Positions 7,545 to 13,995 of a stretch of 13,995 nucleotides of DNA are shown one piece after another. The stretch spans positions 1 through 13,995 of the forward strand of contig CAZJVM010000063.1 of NCBI GenBank assembly GCA_964549305.1, written 5' to 3'. Both the position numbers and the translations under genes were made by a program. The notes under the pieces were generated by a model that saw nothing but the letters and a program-made list of their open reading frames with translations, was not told where the DNA came from and ran no database searches. The stretch is from an uncultured bacterium. Its GTDB lineage: Bacteria; Schekmanbacteria; GWA2-38-11; J061. The stretch's first letter is position 1. The number at the start of each line of letters is the position of its first letter.

Positions 7545-8549
7545 TTACCCTCTTTTTTTTGTTTTATCGGAAATGGTGTACAATGCCTTTTTAACAAGTG
7601 CCGATGCTATCTTTCTCTTGTAACCCGCAGATGTAAAAAGGTTGGTCAAAGTACCAAGCTCAGTGGACGCTAACCCTGCCGCTTCCCCGATTGCGTTTTT
7701 CGTGAGCCCCGATTCCGAGATTACTGCAGACGCTTTTTCGAGAAGTACAGGCGATGAAGTCATCCCGCCTATAACAATTTTAGATTCCGAAAAACCTTTC
7801 CCTTTTTTGCCTTTGAGGCATACGGCAATATTTCCGTAAGCAAAATCTATTCCGCGCCTGCTCGATATTTTTTGAAAAGAAGTGAGTTCACTGTTTTCTT
7901 CATCTATGGTAACGGAAATCGAAGTAAGTATTTCGTCATTTCCAATTTCAATGTAGTCTTTTCCATTATCTTTGTAAAAGTCCGATGCCTTTACCTCTCT
8001 GTTCCCTTTTTTGCCTGCAACGGTGAAAACCGCGTCAAGGGCAATCATCACTGGTGACGTGTCAGAACTGTTCAGCGCGTGGCAGTGGTCCGAACCTTTT
8101 ATGGCGTGGCAGGTATCTCCGCCCGTTTTGTAGCATAACTCTCTCGAGTCGCGCCAGAGTTTAGGTTGGTTGTAATACCAGCATCTCGTATCGAGGCAGG
8201 CATTTCCGCCTAAAGTTGCAGTGCTTCTTATATGCTTTGACGCAAGGGATTTTATTGATTGGTGCAGTATCCCGAGTTTGTTTTTGACTTCACTGTTCCC
8301 CGCAATGTCATCGAGAATGGAAGATGCGCCGAATCTGATTTTTTCATTGTCTGCTGTTTCAAAAGTTGTTAATTCGGGTATTGATTTTATTCCTACCAGC
8401 AGGTGAGGTTTTATAATTCTGTGTTTCAGGTTTACGAGAAGGTCGGTACCACCTGCGAGAATTTTTGCTTTGTCGCCTGATTCAGCTATGGTTGCAACTG
8501 CCTCATTCAGAGAAGATGCCTTGATATATTCCAACCGTGGAAGACGCAA
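7545..8549 (-). CDS. hcrB: FAD-binding subunit with [4Fe-4S] insertion, 4-hydroxybenzoyl-CoA reductase beta-like
   Basis: AGGTDL and ATLGGN motifs plus the insertion RCWYYNQPKLWRDSRELCYKTGGDTCHAIKGSDHC (C-x15-C-x7-C-x8-C, the HcrB spacing); TTG start, MRLP N-terminus. Confidence 0.9.
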   Translation of the reverse strand: MRLPRLEYIKASSLNEAVATIAESGDKAKILAGGTDLLVNLKHRIIKPHLLVGIKSIPELTTFETADNEKIRFGASSILDDIAGNSEVKNKLGILHQSIKSLASKHIRSTATLGGNACLDTRCWYYNQPKLWRDSRELCYKTGGDTCHAIKGSDHCHALNSSDTSPVMIALDAVFTVAGKKGNREVKASDFYKDNGKDYIEIGNDEILTSISVTIDEENSELTSFQKISSRRGIDFAYGNIAVCLKGKKGKGFSESKIVIGGMTSSPVLLEKASAVISESGLTKNAIGEAAGLASTELGTLTNLFTSAGYKRKIASALVKKALYTISDKTKKRG

Positions 8550-8626
8550 AACTATTACCTTATAAAAAGTTTTAAAAGTTATTGAATCTGATAAAATAAA
8601 AAATTGTCAACTGTCAACCGCTTTTC

Positions 8627-8654
8627 TTGAAAAGAAGAAGTTGTTTAATAAAAT
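8627..8654 (+). promoter_or_regulatory. Sigma70-type promoter for the cupin-mutase unit
   Basis: TTGAAA-16 bp-TAAAAT, followed by SD GGGAGG and ATG 8672. Confidence 0.5.
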
Positions 8655-8671
8655 AGAAGGGAGGCATTGTA

Positions 8672-9013
8672 ATGAAAACAGAAAACGGATATCCGGATTT
8701 TTTTGATTCTCTCCCGCAGGCGGATATTCCCATCAGCGGAATAGAGGCAAAACTTCTTCAGGGAAAAGAGCATCAGGTTGTTTTTTTTGATGTTGGAGAA
8801 AAATCCTGTATTCCCCCCCACTCACATTCGGCGCAGTGGGGTGTTGTTATCTCAGGCGAAATGAGGCTTGAAATGAGAGGGAAACAGTTTTTACTCTTAA
8901 AGGGTGATTCCTACTTCATTCCCGAAAATACGGAACATCGCGTAGAGGTAAGTGCCGGATTTAAAGCAGTTGACATATTTTTTGAAAATGCGCGTTATAA
9001 TGTAAAAAAGTGA
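8672..9013 (+). CDS. Cupin domain protein
   Basis: PPHSHSAQWGVVISGEM and GDSYFIPENTEH motifs (three His plus Gln metal site); strong SD. Confidence 0.9.
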   Translation: MKTENGYPDFFDSLPQADIPISGIEAKLLQGKEHQVVFFDVGEKSCIPPHSHSAQWGVVISGEMRLEMRGKQFLLLKGDSYFIPENTEHRVEVSAGFKAVDIFFENARYNVKK

Positions 9014-9029
9014 TATTTGAGGCGTAGTT

Positions 9030-10631
9030 ATGGATGAAAGAAAAAAAGAATTCCGCACATCCTCGAAAATAAAAATAGAAAGATATTATTCCCTCTCTCC
9101 AAAAAGCTCGAAACTCTACCTTGGCAGGGAAGGTTTCCCGGGGGAATATCCCTTAACGCGCGGTATCCAAAGGACAATGTACAGGGGGAAGATATGGACT
9201 ATGCGCCAGTATGCGGGATTCGGCACTCCATATGATACAAACAGGCGTTTCAAAGAGCTTATAAAGGAGGGGCAGTCAGGGCTTAGCATCGCCTTTGACC
9301 TGCCAACGCAAATGGGCATAGATTCCGATTCGCCGCGTGCCGAAGGAGAGGTGGGCAAAATCGGAGTTGCCGTAGATACCCTTGCGGATATGGAAGAAAT
9401 TTTTGACGGCATAGACCTTGAAAAAATATCCGTCTCGATGACTGCGAATGCTCAGGCGGCGATTATGCTCGCTATGTATATCTGTGTCGCAAAAAAGAGG
9501 GGAATTTCTCCTGTAAACCTGCGGGGCACTACTCAGAATGACATTATCAAGGAGTATGTGTCGAGAGGGACATATATTTTCAGCCCTTCCCATTCCATGC
9601 GACTTGTTTCCGACATTATTGAATATTGCTCTTTGAATCTTCCCAAATGGAACCCTATTTCTATTTCCGGTTACCATTATAGAGAAGCGGGATGCACAGC
9701 AACTCAGGAGGTTGCATTCATGTTTGCCTCAGCAGCAGAGTATGTTGAAGATGTTTTGAGAAGGGGGATATCCGTGGATTCTTTCGCGCCGTCGATTTCG
9801 TGGATTATGGCATCGGGAATGAATGTTTTTGAGGAAGCGGCGAAATTCAGGGCGGCAAGAAGGATGTGGGCAAAAATGATGAATGAAAGATTCTCCGCAA
9901 AAAACACCTCTTTAATGAAATTTCGAGTTTTCGCGGCAACAATGGGGTCAACATTTACTTCGAGGGAACCTTTGAATAATATTGTGAGAGGCACAATAGA
10001 GGCGCTTTCCGCGGTACTTGGAGGTGTGCAGTCCCTCCACATATCATCTTATGACGAGGCGCTTGGCATACCTTCGGAAAAAAGCGTACAACTTTCTCTA
10101 AGAACACAGCAGATTCTTGCCTATGAGTCCGGTTTATGCGATACGGCAGATGCCTTTGGAGGGGCGTCTTTTCTTGAAAGGCTTACCGATGAAATTGAAA
10201 GCGGTGCAGAGGAAATTATAGAAAAAATCAAAAAAAAAGGAGGGGCATTGAAAGCCCTTGAAAAAAATTATTTTCACGAAATTATAAACAATGAGTCGTG
10301 GAAAAAAAATCAGAATATTGAAAAAAGAGGGAAAGAGGTTGTCGGGCTGAACTGTTTTGTTTCAGGTGAACATAGAAAAGACGTCATAAAACCCTTTCGT
10401 GTTTCAAAAACAGCCGGGAGGACGCAAATAGAAAAAATCAGAAAAATTAAGAGTGGAAGAGACAATGCAAAAGTTAAATGGGCATTGAAGCGTTTGAGGG
10501 AATCCGCAAAGGCGAAAAATAACCTTATGCCCATTATCATAGATTGTGTGGAATCATATTCAACTGTGGAAGAAATATGCCTTGCCCTGAAAACCGTTTT
10601 TGGCGACTATAAACCCTTATCGGGGTTTTAG
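9030..10631 (+). CDS. Methylmalonyl-CoA mutase-family large (substrate-binding) subunit, with no fused B12-binding domain
   Basis: PGEYPLTRG, WTMRQYAGFG, GLSIAFDLPTQMG, GTTQNDIIKEYVSRGT, SISGYHYREAG and YDEAL motifs; no DxHxxG motif. Confidence 0.93.
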   Translation: MDERKKEFRTSSKIKIERYYSLSPKSSKLYLGREGFPGEYPLTRGIQRTMYRGKIWTMRQYAGFGTPYDTNRRFKELIKEGQSGLSIAFDLPTQMGIDSDSPRAEGEVGKIGVAVDTLADMEEIFDGIDLEKISVSMTANAQAAIMLAMYICVAKKRGISPVNLRGTTQNDIIKEYVSRGTYIFSPSHSMRLVSDIIEYCSLNLPKWNPISISGYHYREAGCTATQEVAFMFASAAEYVEDVLRRGISVDSFAPSISWIMASGMNVFEEAAKFRAARRMWAKMMNERFSAKNTSLMKFRVFAATMGSTFTSREPLNNIVRGTIEALSAVLGGVQSLHISSYDEALGIPSEKSVQLSLRTQQILAYESGLCDTADAFGGASFLERLTDEIESGAEEIIEKIKKKGGALKALEKNYFHEIINNESWKKNQNIEKRGKEVVGLNCFVSGEHRKDVIKPFRVSKTAGRTQIEKIRKIKSGRDNAKVKWALKRLRESAKAKNNLMPIIIDCVESYSTVEEICLALKTVFGDYKPLSGF

Positions 10632-10671
10632 ACGACTAATTCGTTATATTTATGCTTTATTTTATTTCCCT

Positions 10672-10750
10672 TTGACCTTTTTTTAAAAAAAAGTAGACTG
10701 CAAAAAAAAATGAAGAAAGTTCTTGCCTTTTTTTTAAAATATTGTACCTT
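10672..10750 (+). promoter_or_regulatory. Two tandem sigma70-like promoters
   Basis: TTGACC-16-TAGACT (10672-10699) and TTGCCT-16-TACCTT (10723-10750), both with T-tract/A-tract spacers. Confidence 0.5.
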
Positions 10751-10752
10751 GT

Positions 10753-10766
10753 CGAGTGACCACTCG
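10753..10766. promoter_or_regulatory. Palindromic operator candidate
   Basis: CGAGTG-AC-CACTCG, a perfect inverted repeat over the predicted +1 of the second promoter. Confidence 0.55.
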
Positions 10767-10836
10767 GTTTTTTGATTGGACGTTTGAAATTATTGGCAAG
10801 ATTTTTGCTCAACCAAAACCAAAGGAGGATGTATCA

Positions 10837-11394
10837 ATGAGCGCAGAAGACAAAACAGATTGGAAAGAATTGCACAGATTTGCACAGCAGAGAGGTTTCG
10901 GATTAATGGGTCTGCTTACAGTAAGAATTATGGAAAAGTTTCCTGAAGAAGGCGAAAAGGTTTGCAGAGAATTTTATTTTAATGTTGGCCAGATATCTGC
11001 AAAGGCATTCCTTGAGGAAACGAAACCCCCTGCAAGCAATAGCGATTTTCAGAACTACTGTGACTGGCAGTTATGGTTTATGTCAAGCCAGAGAGCTGAT
11101 AACTCAGGTTCAGAACTTCTTCCTCTCGAGCAGATTGCTCCGGGGCACGTTCGCGCAAAGAGAATCGGTTGTATGATTAATAATGCATTTGCCGGCATGG
11201 GAATTACAGATGTTCCCACAAGAAAGTTACTTTGTGCAGTTTTCACAGAAATAGATTACGGCGTAAGAGACATTATAGGCAAAGACTGTGTTGAATTTGT
11301 AAGATTCGACTGCCAGGGTGAAAGAGAACACGGCGATCCTCAACTTCCTCAGGGAAACGAATACTGCATATTCGAGATTAAAGCAAAATCTTAG
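10837..11394 (+). CDS. V4R / L-2-amino-thiazoline-4-carboxylic acid hydrolase-like protein
   Basis: Strong SD AAGGAGG 8 nt before ATG 10837 (185 aa; the track's GTG 10756 lies inside the palindrome). Helical N-terminus, then the pattern GCM...LCA..EIDYG...FVRFDC...G.EYCIFEI typical of V4R/ATC-hydrolase folds. Family assigned by eye. Confidence 0.65.
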   Translation: MSAEDKTDWKELHRFAQQRGFGLMGLLTVRIMEKFPEEGEKVCREFYFNVGQISAKAFLEETKPPASNSDFQNYCDWQLWFMSSQRADNSGSELLPLEQIAPGHVRAKRIGCMINNAFAGMGITDVPTRKLLCAVFTEIDYGVRDIIGKDCVEFVRFDCQGEREHGDPQLPQGNEYCIFEIKAKS

Positions 11395-11439
11395 GCAAAC
11401 GGTTGAAACATCGTTAAGCTGATTTTTTTATTGGTTCAG

Positions 11440-11473
11440 GCATCTGTCCTTTTTGGGCAGATGCTTTTTTTTT
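11440..11473 (+). terminator. Rho-independent terminator
   Basis: GCATCTGTCC-TTTTT-GGGCAGATGC (10-bp stem with one G-U pair) followed by T9. Confidence 0.9.
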
Positions 11474-11555
11474 GCGGAAATCGATTCAGGAAAAATCAAC
11501 TTTAATAAAAAACCGCCCTCTGATATTCTGTTGATATTATTCTTAGTAATTAATT

Positions 11556-13247
11556 GTGAGGAGGGCTTGTGCTGACTTGAAGAATGATAACTCACTTCTA
11601 AACAACAGATCGGAAAAAGAACATCCCGTCTCTCCTTCCGGGAAATCAGCTTTTTTTTTATTTCTTATAATATTGTTCGGAGCGGTTATAAGGCTCTTAT
11701 GGCTTGAGAATTACAGTCTCCATTATGATGAGGCAAGGGAATTCGGTTTGAGTTTAGGGGCTTTTTCTGATGTTATCGAGGCAGTCAGGAATAACTCGAG
11801 CAATCCCCCGATGCTGCAAATTCTTATTAAAGCTATTTCTTTTTTCGGCGGCTCGGACTTTGTCGCAAGACTTGTTCCCGCGCTTTCTAATATAGTTTCT
11901 ATATTTCTTGTTTATTTATTTACAAAAATTTTGTTTCGTGAGGAACTTCCTGCTCTTTTTTCATCCCTTTTTTTTGCCCTTTCCTTCACGCAGTTCAGGT
12001 ATTCTAATGAACTTCGCCCTTATTCCCTTTCAGTGCTTTTTGCCTGCTTTATACTTATTGCCTTTGAGCTGGCATTTCAAAAAGGCAGTGGAAAAAAATG
12101 GAAATATATTTTTGCTGCAGTTTCATCTGCGGGATTTTGTGCTCAATACGGACTTTCAATCCTTGTTGCTGGATTAAATATTATTTTTATTGCATCCGTA
12201 ATTTTTACTGAAAGAAAGAAGGAACTCAAAGACTGGATTTTATCCCAGCTTATTACGGGAGGCGTATGTGTCGGATGTTTTTTCTGGATTATCAGATATC
12301 AGCTTCATTTAAGAAAGTATTTCTCCAATTTTTATCTTGCGCCATATTTTCCTGATACAAAGAATATCCTTTCACTCCCCCTTTTTTTTGTAAAACAATG
12401 CTATGGGCTCGTGCGATATTTTCTCCTCGGACTCGGGGGATTGCAGTCTTCGGTTATGCTCGTGGTATTTATTTTGGGGATTTTTTCTCTTTATTCACAG
12501 CGAAAATTCAGGCTCTTTGGTTATATAATCGCGCCGTTTCTCATCACATTGCTTTTTTCCTGCACCGGCTTTTATCCCTTTGGTCCCACGAGGCAGTGCC
12601 TTTTCTTAAGCATTCCCGTATATGTGGTCGCAGGCGCGGGCGCTGCATATCTCTTTAAAAGAAAATTTAAAATAACCCTTCTTCTTGTAACCATTTTCCT
12701 TTCCTTTTCCTTTGCACTGAGCGCTTATATTTACAGTGATACTTTTAGTAAACGCTTTAAAGGTCGCACTTCTTCCTATTTTTCGACACAGATGAAAAAA
12801 TATAAGTTTTACAGGACAGAGAATATAAAACCTGCCATTGATTATCTTAAAGCAAACTATAAAGATGATGAGATGATTTATGTTTTCCGCTTTGCCCAAC
12901 CCGGTTTTCTCCGCTATTATGGTTTGCTGGAAGACAGGGAAGTATGGAATATGTTTTACCGTGATAAAGGATGGCATCGTGTCAGTGAGGTTTTTATCAA
13001 TAAAGGACTTCCCGTAAGGTTTGGAGTTACCTCAGGGAAAACTGATGTTATTTTAAAAGATTTTGACAAAGCCTTTGGCAATAAAAATAAATGCTGGTTT
13101 GTATTTGATAAATTTTATGATTTTGGCCGGCAGATGTTAGTGAAACTGCAGGAAAAATATGTATTGGTCAAAAAGTATCAGTCTCCTAATGCGATTTCTG
13201 TTGTCTGTGTATTCAAAAAAAAGGAAAATATAGGACAGCAAGGTTGA
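11556..13247 (+). CDS. GT-C fold membrane glycosyltransferase (family 39/PMT_2, ArnT-like)
   Basis: Many TM segments; SLHYDEA acidic loop motif, NPP, ARL and YSNELRPYSL motifs; soluble C-terminal domain. The start may be TTG 11577, after GAGGAGG. Confidence 0.85.
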   Translation: MRRACADLKNDNSLLNNRSEKEHPVSPSGKSAFFLFLIILFGAVIRLLWLENYSLHYDEAREFGLSLGAFSDVIEAVRNNSSNPPMLQILIKAISFFGGSDFVARLVPALSNIVSIFLVYLFTKILFREELPALFSSLFFALSFTQFRYSNELRPYSLSVLFACFILIAFELAFQKGSGKKWKYIFAAVSSAGFCAQYGLSILVAGLNIIFIASVIFTERKKELKDWILSQLITGGVCVGCFFWIIRYQLHLRKYFSNFYLAPYFPDTKNILSLPLFFVKQCYGLVRYFLLGLGGLQSSVMLVVFILGIFSLYSQRKFRLFGYIIAPFLITLLFSCTGFYPFGPTRQCLFLSIPVYVVAGAGAAYLFKRKFKITLLLVTIFLSFSFALSAYIYSDTFSKRFKGRTSSYFSTQMKKYKFYRTENIKPAIDYLKANYKDDEMIYVFRFAQPGFLRYYGLLEDREVWNMFYRDKGWHRVSEVFINKGLPVRFGVTSGKTDVILKDFDKAFGNKNKCWFVFDKFYDFGRQMLVKLQEKYVLVKKYQSPNAISVVCVFKKKENIGQQG

Positions 13248-13357
13248 AATGTTTTATTAATGCGGATAAGTTTAAAAAATGTTTCTATGTTGAATTTTCA
13301 AAAACGAAGAAAACAAGCATCTAAAGACTTTAATTAAAATTAAATTGCCTGAATAAG

Positions 13358-13995
13358 ATGAAATTAAAAAGTCTGAAACACAGATTTTACGATTCCCTTT
13401 CCCTGAAGCTTACAATCTATATGGGACTTACCCTGATGATTGTTTTCCTTTTCTCCACTTACACCATTCTGAGATACCAATCATCTCAGGCGAGGGATAG
13501 AATTGTCTCCACATCAACATTTATTGAAAAGCTAATCATAAATAGCGTGAAACACGACATGCTGAAAAATGACCGGGAAGGAATAAGATTTTTTTTAAAT
13601 GATATCTCAAAGCTTGAAGGGCTTGTAAACGCAAGCATTATGAATGATGAGGGAGTAATAAAATTTTCAACGAAAGAAAAAGCCCTCGGAATGAAAATAA
13701 ACATAAATATGCTCAAAAAGTATATTGAATCGGAAAACAATGTTGAATTTAAGCATACCGGTGGAAACAACATACTTTCAAGCGTTAATGAAATCAGAGC
13801 ATCTCAGGAGTGTTTTGTCTGTCACGACAAATCGAAAAAGATAATTGGTTATCTGTCAGTGGATTTTTCAGGAAAAAAGATTGATGAAATGATTAGATAT
13901 GAGCAGTATGTGATGATAATTACTGCAAGCATTTCCATGATTTTTATTGCAATTGCCCTTTTTCTTTTTAATCGTTATTTTATCTATACGCGAGT
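13358..13995 (+). CDS. Membrane sensor with a periplasmic heme-c PAS/Cache-like domain, truncated at the window edge (output domain outside the window)
   Basis: Not in the ORF track. Open from ATG 13358 to the end: MKLKSLKHRFYDSLSLKLTIYMGLTLMIVFLFSTY (TM1)...SVKHDMLKND...IMNDEGVIKFS...QECFVCHDKSKKIIGYLSVDFS...IITASISMIFIAIALFLF (TM2). Confidence 0.85.
   Translation, partial: MKLKSLKHRFYDSLSLKLTIYMGLTLMIVFLFSTYTILRYQSSQARDRIVSTSTFIEKLIINSVKHDMLKNDREGIRFFLNDISKLEGLVNASIMNDEGVIKFSTKEKALGMKININMLKKYIESENNVEFKHTGGNNILSSVNEIRASQECFVCHDKSKKIIGYLSVDFSGKKIDEMIRYEQYVMIITASISMIFIAIALFLFNRYFIYTR

Noticed and set aside
10611-10628. AAACCCT-TATC-GGGGTTT hairpin at the end of the mutase gene
   Set aside because: It lies within the last codons, has a weak stem and lacks a separate U-tract.
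10756-10836. N-terminal extension of the 212-aa ORF from GTG 10756
   Set aside because: There is no SD, it overlaps the predicted TSS and operator, and a perfect SD precedes ATG 10837.
13486-13773. 95-aa minus-strand ORF in the track
   Set aside because: It is the shadow of the plus-strand CxxCH sensor gene.
1-13995. CRISPR arrays, tRNA/rRNA genes, IS elements, cobalamin riboswitch near the mutase
   Set aside because: By eye I saw no spaced repeats, transposase or integrase motifs, or recognisable RNA structure. The cupin-mutase leader is too short for a B12 riboswitch. An Infernal/Rfam scan would be decisive.

Overview
AT-rich bacterial chromosomal window (anaerobe-like gene content) with about 16 CDSs and no RNA genes, CRISPR array or mobile element seen. 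Left: partial nucleotidyltransferase (-), CoA-type Nudix hydrolase plus a Cys-rich hypothetical (+), MBL-fold hydrolase and RNase HI (-), an Old Yellow Enzyme-like oxidoreductase, a 58-aa DnaJ-type zinc-finger microprotein missed by the ORF track, and a membrane protein with a fully degenerate GGDEF domain. Centre: a three-subunit 4-hydroxybenzoyl-CoA reductase-like molybdoenzyme (-). Its flavoprotein keeps the HcrB [4Fe-4S] insertion, but its Mo subunit has a rewritten active site (catalytic Glu->Gln, AFRGFG loop->FHHGTG, GGGFG->GGAFC). Divergent from it are a cupin and a stand-alone B12-dependent acyl-CoA mutase large subunit with an altered substrate pocket. Next comes a separately regulated V4R/ATC-hydrolase-like 4-Cys protein with tandem promoters, a palindromic operator and a terminator. 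Right: a GT-C glycosyltransferase and a partial heme-c (CxxCH) membrane sensor. The best novelty candidate is the divergent Mo-reductase/mutase pair, which may act on an uncharacterised acyl- or aryl-CoA substrate. All reference alignments were done by eye from remembered motifs.
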